DNA from: a virus
Taxonomy: Duplodnaviria; Caudoviricetes
Length of the DNA stretch: 27,958 nucleotides
IMG/VR virus record: IMGVR_UViG_3300037045_000206
Span: 1 to 27,958 of that record
Strand: one strand, 5' to 3'
Positions 15,711-23,023 of this stretch are shown one piece after another. The notes under the pieces are model-generated. The model ran no database searches. It was not told the origin of the DNA and worked only from the letters and a program-made list of their open reading frames with translations. The translations under genes were made by a program, and so were the position numbers. Within the stretch, counting starts at the first letter, position 1; the number at the start of each line of letters is the position of its first letter.

Positions 15711-16681
15711 TCGAGGATGAGACCAGGAAAGTCGCGCAGGTAATCGAGTTGGAGGAGGACGCCTATCCAAGGATTAAACAGGCGGTAAACACCGATATCC
15801 AGGCGTTTATCGACCGTTTACACAAGGATCCTGGATTGCTGAAAAGCGACAACATCTTCAAGAAGTGGCTGCCGGAACCCGATAAGGATCTTATCAAGGA
15901 GACCTATATCCTTATGATGAAGGCGTCGCTGCTGGGGATGGCCCATACCTCCCATCCCGCCACTGATTTCGCCGATATTCCTATCGTCTCGATCAAGGAG
16001 TCCATGGATGCCCTGACCTATGAGGAGGCGATCAATTGGGCCAAAGGTAGGGTCACCATGACCAGGAAGCAGTTCTACGCGCTTTCGGCCAGCATGCGAA
16101 AGCGGGCGTTCACGGTGGGACGGCTCACACAGCTCGATCTGATCGAGAAGGCAAAGAGCCTGTATCTGGCGCAGCTTGAGGGGGAGGCGGCCAGCATGGA
16201 GGCGTTCGTCGCCTCGATCAAGGCCAATGTGGATGCCGTCGGGCTGCCCCGTTATTACGAGAACGTCTATAGGACCAACATCCAGACCGACTACAACGCA
16301 GGCCGCGCGATGGAGATGGAGCGTAATAAGCCGTACGCCCTGCAGTTCATCGGAATAGAGGATGGCCGCCAGACCGACATCTGCCGGGTCCGTAGCGGCG
16401 TCGTGCTGCCGTACGATGATCCCTGGTGGGATGACAACTGGCCACCTTTGCACTACAACTGCCGAAGCACGGTGCGGGCCATCTATCAGGAAGAGGCGGA
16501 CATCCTGGGGATATCGATGGATGAGAAGCCTCCGGAGTCAGCCTCTTCCGATGACTCCAGCCCCATGAAGGGATTCGGAAGGAATCCTGTGAGGGCATCC
16601 AAAGAGTGGAGCCCAAGCCCGGCCCAAAAGGAGCGGATCGAATCCGCCGGGATCCATGGCGAGCTGGATCTGCTGAAGTGA
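15707..16681 (+). CDS. MuF (gp30) minor head protein, short form
   Basis: RAFTVG, NVYRTNIQTDYNAGR, DGRQTDIC and WPPLHYNCRSTV motifs. Confidence 0.92.
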   Translation: MIEDETRKVAQVIELEEDAYPRIKQAVNTDIQAFIDRLHKDPGLLKSDNIFKKWLPEPDKDLIKETYILMMKASLLGMAHTSHPATDFADIPIVSIKESMDALTYEEAINWAKGRVTMTRKQFYALSASMRKRAFTVGRLTQLDLIEKAKSLYLAQLEGEAASMEAFVASIKANVDAVGLPRYYENVYRTNIQTDYNAGRAMEMERNKPYALQFIGIEDGRQTDICRVRSGVVLPYDDPWWDDNWPPLHYNCRSTVRAIYQEEADILGISMDEKPPESASSDDSSPMKGFGRNPVRASKEWSPSPAQKERIESAGIHGELDLLK

Positions 16682-16685
16682 ACCA

Positions 16686-16712
16686 GGCCCCTGGAGACGG
16701 GGCTTTCTTCTT
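16686..16712 (+). terminator. Intrinsic terminator after MuF
   Basis: GCCCC-TGGAGAC-GGGGC followed by TTTCTTCTT. Confidence 0.6.
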
Positions 16713-16931
16713 GTGCAAAGAACTGCTTCACAGCGCAAGAACAGTCCTTGACGAGGAATTGGACGTCTTTTCGCATACACCCCGTTTATCAACGTTGTTA
16801 AACACCTCTGGGAGCCAAACGGACTATCTCCCGTTCCATCCTGTCGCAGGAATCAAGATGCATAGCCGGTACACCCCTTTGATTCCATGCACATACGCAG
16901 CTTTACCCTGAGGGGACAATGGAGGTTTCCA

Positions 16932-17429
16932 ATGAGACATGGAACTTTTGAGATGGCCCTCGATGGGATGAAAGCGGGAGCCAAGGCCACAAGGCGATCC
17001 TGGCCTGAAGGGTACGTCTTCCTGCAGCATGGCGGCAAGGTGGACGGGGTGGATGACGGTGGTTCGGTGACGCCCGTGGTCTTCACTGCCTATCTCACCA
17101 GGCAGATCGACGAGTGGACGTTCGAGCCATACCAGCCGAGCGCGACCGATCTTCTTGCGGAGGACTGGGAGTGCTTTGAGCTGAGCGAGGAACCCATCCC
17201 CTACGTATGCACCGGCATGGTTCTCGCGCAGCATATGGATAGCGGCGCGGCCTCCATCAGGCTGGGGAGAAGGCTTGAGCCTGGGCAACCGGGATATCTG
17301 GTCATGTACCCGGACGGGGATGAATCCTGGAGCCCGGCGATGGTTTTCGAGGATACGCACCGGCGTATCGAGCGCTGTGAGCTGGAGCTCCTTGACTGGG
17401 TGGGTTCCACCCCTTGTGATTCCCACTGA
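16932..17429 (+). CDS. DUF2829 (Tad2-like, Thoeris anti-defence) domain fused to a C-terminal GYLVxYxDGxxSWSP domain
   Basis: ATG at 16932 after GGAGG. TFEMALDGMKAGAKATRRSW...PYQPSATDLLAEDWE is the DUF2829 signature; second domain GYLVMYPDGDESWSPAMVFE. Confidence 0.82.
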   Translation: MRHGTFEMALDGMKAGAKATRRSWPEGYVFLQHGGKVDGVDDGGSVTPVVFTAYLTRQIDEWTFEPYQPSATDLLAEDWECFELSEEPIPYVCTGMVLAQHMDSGAASIRLGRRLEPGQPGYLVMYPDGDESWSPAMVFEDTHRRIERCELELLDWVGSTPCDSH

Positions 17430-17464
17430 CAGGAATCTGCTAGCGTACAGCAAAGGAGCTTGCG

Positions 17465-18418
17465 ATGGAAAAAGCGGTTTTAAAAAGGATGGAGCTGGCC
17501 AAGACAGGCAGCTTTGGCGCCGATGGCGCTGCCATCACCCTGGCCAACCTGCAGGACGTCATCGATACCTTCGATGGCAAATGCCCGGTGAGCCTCGGTC
17601 ACTACATGACAAAGCAGGACTGGTGGCCTTCGTGGGGGAACGTCGAGACGGTGCAGTTGGTCAAGGATCCTGACGGTGTCAACGGCATCCTGTATGGTGA
17701 TGTGAGTTTCAACAGCCTGATCGCCGAGGCGATCGACAGTGGTTTTTATCCTGGTTGGTCGGTGAGCATTCCGGCGCGAGCGGCGGATGGCAAGCGCTAT
17801 CTGCACCACCTGGCCATGCTCGGTTCTATTCCACCCAAGATCAGGGACATGCAGGTGATCGCCCAGGTCGGTGGTACCAAGCCCGACAACGCTATCGACA
17901 CGAAGGGGGAGGGCATGCAGTTCGCCGACCAAGCTTTCTACAGCTTCTCCGACTTCCCCAAGACTCCCACCACTTCCGAGCCTCCAAAGGACCAGAGTGT
18001 GGAGGAACCAACGGCAGCCGCCATTTTGCCTGAAGTGCCCCAACCGGCTGTGCCGCCAGAGCCCAAGAAGCCTGACGGGACTGAGTTCTCCGACCAGCTG
18101 GCGCAGCGCGAGGCGCGGGCGAGATCGGTCTATAAGGAAGGGGTTAAGGCCCGTCTCATCAGTGAGATTGGCGAACGTTGGCCTGCCGGAAGGCGGGACC
18201 AGGTGGTTGAGTTCACCGACATGCTGGTGGACATCCACGATTACGATTTCGCGGACAGCGGTGACAAGAAGGAGAAATCCCTCGTGGACCTGTTTGTCGA
18301 GCTGATCAAGGGCATGACGGCGACCGCGCAGCCGAAACCCGGACGCAGCATGGAGTTTTCCGATCCTGGCAGACAGCCAGAAACAGTAGATCGGGCCAAC
18401 TTGGCCCAAAGGTTCTAG
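17465..18418 (+). CDS. Prohead protease/scaffold (Mu gpI-like)
   Basis: CPVSLGH, WGNV, YPGWSVSI, YLHHLAMLGSIPPKIRDM; Pro-rich linker and helical C-terminus. Confidence 0.85.
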   Translation: MEKAVLKRMELAKTGSFGADGAAITLANLQDVIDTFDGKCPVSLGHYMTKQDWWPSWGNVETVQLVKDPDGVNGILYGDVSFNSLIAEAIDSGFYPGWSVSIPARAADGKRYLHHLAMLGSIPPKIRDMQVIAQVGGTKPDNAIDTKGEGMQFADQAFYSFSDFPKTPTTSEPPKDQSVEEPTAAAILPEVPQPAVPPEPKKPDGTEFSDQLAQREARARSVYKEGVKARLISEIGERWPAGRRDQVVEFTDMLVDIHDYDFADSGDKKEKSLVDLFVELIKGMTATAQPKPGRSMEFSDPGRQPETVDRANLAQRF

Positions 18419-18431
18419 GAGGAACTGAAGA

Positions 18432-18791
18432 ATGAAAGCATCGAAGTACGTAATGGTCGAGCTGTCCGAGCTGCTCGACGGAAAACACCCAGCGGTCATC
18501 TTGCGGAAGCTGGTGGTGGCTAACAAGGGGACCATATCCGTTGGTCAGATCGTCGCGATCAATTCCGCCGATGGGAAGGCGCTGCCGTACATCAACGGGG
18601 ACGAGACCGCCGGAACCGTACTGGGTGTGGCGACAACCATCGCGGACACCACCACAGGTAAGGATACCGCGGTGAACATCCTGGTCCATGGGACCTGCAA
18701 GAGATCGCTCGTTTCGGTGGTGACCGGAACCGACGTCGTGCAGGCTGATATCGATGCCCTCTCAGCCAAAGGCGTCTGGGCTCTCAACTGA
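18432..18791 (+). CDS. Head decoration protein (lambda gpD-like)
   Basis: 119 aa, beta-rich (GTISVGQIVA, VLGVA, VNILVHG); between scaffold and capsid genes. Confidence 0.75.
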   Translation: MKASKYVMVELSELLDGKHPAVILRKLVVANKGTISVGQIVAINSADGKALPYINGDETAGTVLGVATTIADTTTGKDTAVNILVHGTCKRSLVSVVTGTDVVQADIDALSAKGVWALN

Positions 18792-18837
18792 CATCCACCG
18801 CCCTGTGCGGTGGAATCCACATTAAGGAGAAGTAAAT

Positions 18838-20109
18838 ATGAATCTTCAGGAATTCCTCAACACCTATTTCACGGTGGCTCTGGTCACCAAGCTGGTGACA
18901 CGCCAGCAGCCGGTGCGCTCGATCATCTTCGACCAGGTGTTCGCGTACCGGACCAACACCCCGTCCAGCCGGGTGAGAATCGCGGACATCCTCAAGCGTA
19001 CAGGCAACGTGCCTGTGGTGGCCAGAGGTGCCGCGGCTCTATCCGTGAGTGGCGGAAGCGTCACCAATACCGAGATAGAGCCCATGCCGATCCGGCTGAG
19101 CGATTTCATCACCGGCGCCAGGCTCAACGACCTCAAGCACCTGTTCGGATCTGGAGACGAACGTGGCCAGCAGCTGGTGGCATCCTCCCTGGATGAGATG
19201 GTCCTTGGTCTCATGCGGACCACCGAGCTCACCCGCAACGCCCTGTGCGCCCAGGCCATCAAGGGTGCGATCGACTACATGATGCAGACCGAGGGTGGTT
19301 TCGAACGCTACCAGGTCAGCTACGGCGACGGTACCCCGTTGTCCTTTGCTCCTGCGACCAAATGGAACGACGATGCCTGCACCTTGGCGATGATCATCTC
19401 CGATCTTGAGGAGATGGAGGACGCGCTGGCGGCTTCCGGATTCTCCGGGGAAGTGAAGTTCCTCATCGGAAAGAAGGCGTACGGGGCGATCGCGAACAAG
19501 ATCGCAGCCATGACCAACGACACCCGCATCGATGCCAAGGCGGAGAAAGGTGTGATCTATCTTGGTGGGTATACCCTGACCAAGGACAGCATCACCTATA
19601 AGGACCGGGACGCCGCTGGAGCAGAGGTGGTCAAGTACGAGGTCGACATCGACAAGATCGTGGCCTATGCCTCGGACGTTCCGGCGCTGACCTACTGCGC
19701 GGTCGATGATGTGGATGGGAATCTGGAGGCGGTGCCCTTCTTCTCGAAGACCATCAAGGTGGATGATCCCTCCGGATACAAGGTCATCAGTGAGTCCAAG
19801 CCGATGCCGCTAGTATCGGCCAAGGGCTTTTGCTGGGCGACGGTCTACGATGCAGCTATCGTCAACGCCACCGCCTATACGATCAACGCCGACACCGTTG
19901 GAGTCGAGGCCGAGGCAGTAGCTGTGGATGCCGGTCTGATTGAGCATGTGGAGAAGGTGTACACCGAATCCTCCCTGACCGCTCTGACCAAGGACAAAAT
20001 TCTCGCGATCGCGACCGAGCGTGGATACGAGATGACCACTGATGCCACCGACCTCAAGGCGGATATCATCGCAGAGTTCCTCGCGCTGCAGACCGCGGCC
20101 CAGGCGTAG
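18838..20109 (+). CDS. Major capsid protein (lambda gpE family) with C-terminal helix-extension-helix (Rho_N/LEM-like) domain
   Basis: VPVVARG, ALCAQAIKG, PATKWND, DDPSGYKVISESKPMP; then about 85 extra residues ending LTALTKDKILAIATERGYEMTTDATDLKADIIAEFL. Confidence 0.88.
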   Translation: MNLQEFLNTYFTVALVTKLVTRQQPVRSIIFDQVFAYRTNTPSSRVRIADILKRTGNVPVVARGAAALSVSGGSVTNTEIEPMPIRLSDFITGARLNDLKHLFGSGDERGQQLVASSLDEMVLGLMRTTELTRNALCAQAIKGAIDYMMQTEGGFERYQVSYGDGTPLSFAPATKWNDDACTLAMIISDLEEMEDALAASGFSGEVKFLIGKKAYGAIANKIAAMTNDTRIDAKAEKGVIYLGGYTLTKDSITYKDRDAAGAEVVKYEVDIDKIVAYASDVPALTYCAVDDVDGNLEAVPFFSKTIKVDDPSGYKVISESKPMPLVSAKGFCWATVYDAAIVNATAYTINADTVGVEAEAVAVDAGLIEHVEKVYTESSLTALTKDKILAIATERGYEMTTDATDLKADIIAEFLALQTAAQA

Positions 20110-20120
20110 GGGGTGATCCA

Positions 20121-20513
20121 ATGTCAGTCACCGTCGAGGACCTGAAGGCCGAGATCAAGACGTACAACTACGAGGTGTTGACCGACGGCGACTCGACGGT
20201 CGCGCAGCGTGCTATCGAGAAGGCCATCATCTGGGCGAAAGCCAAGGTGGTGGCTGCCTCTGGCGCCTTTGATGAGGATGCCGAGGTGAACAGGCAGATT
20301 GTGATGAAGCGGGCGCTGTACGAGCTGTACAGCTATGCCGAGAATGAAAGCGTCGCCCAGGACAAGAAGGAAGATGCCATGGAGCTCCTCCGAGCGGTAT
20401 ACGGAGACGCTATTGACTCGGCCGGATATCAAAGCGGCGGTGATAAACCCTCTTCCTTGGCTACCGGCAGTGTGCGTCCAGGAAGGATCAGCAGGGAATT
20501 CCCATGCAGATAG
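20121..20513 (+). CDS. Head-tail adaptor, Mu gp36 (DUF1320)-like
   Basis: VTVEDLKA, AQRAIEKA, ALYELY, KEDAMELLRAV; follows the capsid gene. Confidence 0.75.
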   Translation: MSVTVEDLKAEIKTYNYEVLTDGDSTVAQRAIEKAIIWAKAKVVAASGAFDEDAEVNRQIVMKRALYELYSYAENESVAQDKKEDAMELLRAVYGDAIDSAGYQSGGDKPSSLATGSVRPGRISREFPCR

Positions 20514-21112
20514 AGGTGACAATAGAGCATAAAACTATGGCGATCAACTTCGATCCAGCGGAATTGAACTCGCGGATCGGGCAGTACATGGTCGCTTCGA
20601 CACAACGGAAGATCAAGGGCGGGATTAAGCCCGATAACGCGCCTCTCACCGTCGCGGTGAAGCAGAATACAAAAACGCTTAGGGATCGGGGGCTTCTGAT
20701 GGGTTCCATCTCTTACAGGGCCGATGCCACCCAAGCGGTAGTGGGGACCAACCGGGAAGGCGCGGTGGTCCAGCAGATGGGTTTCGTCATCAGAGCGAAA
20801 AAGAAATGGCTCTGGATTCCAGCGTCCAGCTGGACAAGGGAACAGCAGCGCCGGTTTGGCTTCTCTGCCAGTGAGGTCATGAAGGGTTTGAAGAGCAGCC
20901 GGTATGCGGTTTGGACCGTCTCCAGAACACCAACATCCGGAGTGGTTCTGGCGAAATATGGCAAAAAGGGAAAGATCCACACGGTGTTCGTGCTCAAGAA
21001 GTCAGTGGTGATTCCAGCCCGGCCGTTTTTGTTCCTGGATGAGCTCGATCATAAGGTCATCGGACGGATGATGAAAGAAACCGTTGTACCGGGAGGGGGT
21101 GGAGACGCATGA
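20504..21112 (+). CDS. Phage virion morphogenesis protein (Mu gpG / P2 gpS family)
   Basis: KTLRDRGLLMGSI, VVGTN and IPARPFL motifs. Confidence 0.85.
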   Translation: MQIEVTIEHKTMAINFDPAELNSRIGQYMVASTQRKIKGGIKPDNAPLTVAVKQNTKTLRDRGLLMGSISYRADATQAVVGTNREGAVVQQMGFVIRAKKKWLWIPASSWTREQQRRFGFSASEVMKGLKSSRYAVWTVSRTPTSGVVLAKYGKKGKIHTVFVLKKSVVIPARPFLFLDELDHKVIGRMMKETVVPGGGGDA

Positions 21113-21555
21113 AGGAGATTTTAGATGAATTCGCCGAATGGGTGAAGAAGGAGACCGGGGTGTCGGTGCTCTACGATCCCCAGCCCCTGCGTTCGGCCGA
21201 ACCCCACATACGGCTCACGTTTACAGGAGCAGCTGGTGAGGGAAAGACCCATGCCACCCTGTTTTTCCAGCTTTCAATTGTGGGTGCGGGGGATGGGCCC
21301 GAAGTCTTTCTGGATAGGATCATGGAGGCGAGCCTGGCGGTAGTGGATCTGTACAATCCTTGCATCCACAACAGACAGGTGGATATCGTTCTCCCAAGCG
21401 GCAGCGGAAGTTTCAGGGTGGGTTTCCCTGATGTCATGAACAGCTCCGGGCAATTCACACGGAATTCCGGAGACGAAGGCGAGACGGTCAAGTGGGCATA
21501 CACCTATGTGGAGCCACACATGGTCGAATTCACATTCAATCGCGCCCTGATGTAG
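21109..21555 (+). CDS. Putative tail terminator/neck protein
   Basis: 148 aa, ATGA overlap with the upstream gene; position before the tail tube. Function from synteny only. Confidence 0.55.
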   Translation: MKEILDEFAEWVKKETGVSVLYDPQPLRSAEPHIRLTFTGAAGEGKTHATLFFQLSIVGAGDGPEVFLDRIMEASLAVVDLYNPCIHNRQVDIVLPSGSGSFRVGFPDVMNSSGQFTRNSGDEGETVKWAYTYVEPHMVEFTFNRALM

Positions 21556-21573
21556 GGCATGGAAGGAGGATCC

Positions 21574-22269
21574 ATGAAAATCAAGAGTATCGATGGACGC
21601 AGCGGGTTCTGCAAGAACGCCGCAGCCGAGATCACCGTTGAGACCGCGTCTTTCGTAGGCGGCTATGGCTTCATCACCGCAAAAGGAGCGAGCTCATATT
21701 TCGACACCCTGGTTGATTCTTCGCTGACCAAAGGCAAAGCCCTGGTGGTGGGGGCTCCTGTCCACCTTCCCGCATGGGCGTTGACCGCGGATTGTCCGCT
21801 GGAGACGGGAGACAAGGTGATGCCGTTCAGCATGGACATCTCCTGCTGGACCACGGACTGTCCGGTATCGCCGCAAGAGGGAGAGATCGACCTGACCAGC
21901 CAGTGCGAGCGGATAGCCGGGACCAAGCACCTGGTGGGTGACGGCATCATCAGCGAAAGCGGCACGATCAGCGGAATCTTCATGACCGATGACGACATGC
22001 AGCGTGAGCTGGAAGGCCTGTTCCGCCAGCGAATCATCAGCAAGGCGGGCAAGGTGACCCTCATCCCCCGCCAGGCCGACATGACCTTCTGGCATTGGTT
22101 CACCTACCGTCAGCAGACTGAGTCCGGTGAGGTGGAGATCACGTTGTTCCGAAAGATGCGGATCCCGCAGCTGTCGGAGGGCCAGGGGTCCAGCGGAGCC
22201 GTACCGTTCAACTTCAACTACACGGCGCTTGAAAGCTGGCAGTACGAGACCACCGTACCGGCCGCATGA
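21574..22269 (+). CDS. Putative major tail tube protein
   Basis: ATG at 21574 after GGAGGA; EIDLTSQC, ESGTISG and VPFNFNYT beta pattern; precedes the chaperone and tape measure. Confidence 0.7.
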   Translation: MKIKSIDGRSGFCKNAAAEITVETASFVGGYGFITAKGASSYFDTLVDSSLTKGKALVVGAPVHLPAWALTADCPLETGDKVMPFSMDISCWTTDCPVSPQEGEIDLTSQCERIAGTKHLVGDGIISESGTISGIFMTDDDMQRELEGLFRQRIISKAGKVTLIPRQADMTFWHWFTYRQQTESGEVEITLFRKMRIPQLSEGQGSSGAVPFNFNYTALESWQYETTVPAA

Positions 22270-22282
22270 TGGAGAGGTTTAC

Positions 22283-22714
22283 ATGCTGTTGAATATCAAT
22301 GTGCGGCGGACGTGGATTCCGCCGCTTCTGGACAATGAGAGGAAGGCTGCCGATGAGCAGATCATCATCGAATACGACAAACCCACCGCGACAGACCGGT
22401 CGGCATGGCAGCACCAGGTCGCCAAACGGGACAAGGGAACGATCGTGACCTATCTGGACACCGATATCCGCGCCATACTGCGAGGGTCCAATGTGCTGAT
22501 ACACCACCTGAGGATCAAGACCGGTGGGAAGGTGGGATCCGAGGGAAAGGTCGTCGATGAGATTGTCAACGTCACCTCTGGGGAACAGCTCTCCGAGATC
22601 CGCAGCGACTATTGCTGGCTTCTCGCCACCCAGACTGCGAACAAGATCATGGAGCTGGAGGTATCGGAGGAACTGGTAAAAAACTCCGCGCCGGATTCCG
22701 GGCCTGCCTCCTAG
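22283..22714 (+). CDS. Tail assembly chaperone (lambda gpG-like)
   Basis: ATG at 22283 after GGAGAGG; slippery site A AAA AAC near the 3' end. Confidence 0.75.
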   Translation: MLLNINVRRTWIPPLLDNERKAADEQIIIEYDKPTATDRSAWQHQVAKRDKGTIVTYLDTDIRAILRGSNVLIHHLRIKTGGKVGSEGKVVDEIVNVTSGEQLSEIRSDYCWLLATQTANKIMELEVSEELVKNSAPDSGPAS

Positions 22715-22974
22715 GATATGCCTATCAGGAGCGGTCTGCCTGGTATGACGGGCAGATCCTGGACTTGGGATCCGGAAGGATAATCACCAGGGCGCAGATG
22801 AGGACCTTGCTGACCGAGGATCTGTGGGATGCGATCCGCATCTGGAAGGACTATCGGAGATTTGGATTGCCCAATGGCAGTGGGAAGCAGGGTGAGACGT
22901 CTGAGCTGGTGGATCTGATCTCAGCATTCGAGAATGAGTATGACGATGCCGTCGCAGCGGCACAAGAGGCGTAA
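22678..22974 (+). CDS. -1 frameshift extension of the tail chaperone (gpT-like)
   Basis: The -1 frame is open from the heptamer at 22678-22684 (KLRAGFRACLLG...) to TAA at 22974; no convincing start of its own. Confidence 0.72.
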   Translation, partial: KKLRAGFRACLLGYAYQERSAWYDGQILDLGSGRIITRAQMRTLLTEDLWDAIRIWKDYRRFGLPNGSGKQGETSELVDLISAFENEYDDAVAAAQEA

Positions 22975-22995
22975 GCTTTTAGCTTCGCCTCTTTT
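22964..22995 (+). terminator. Intrinsic terminator/attenuator before the tape measure gene
   Basis: AAGAGGCG-T-AAGCT-TTT-AGCTT-CGCCTCTT then TT; overlaps the gpGT stop codon. Confidence 0.65.
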
Positions 22996-23023
22996 CATAT
23001 GATGAGGATAGGAGTGATATAGT

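Noticed and set aside
15707-16681. MuF polymorphic toxin
   Set aside because: Only a short tail follows the MuF motif; no toxin domain and no obvious immunity gene.
16824-17453. 209-aa minus-strand ORF opposite the Tad2-like gene
   Set aside because: The plus strand has the SD and the DUF2829 signature.
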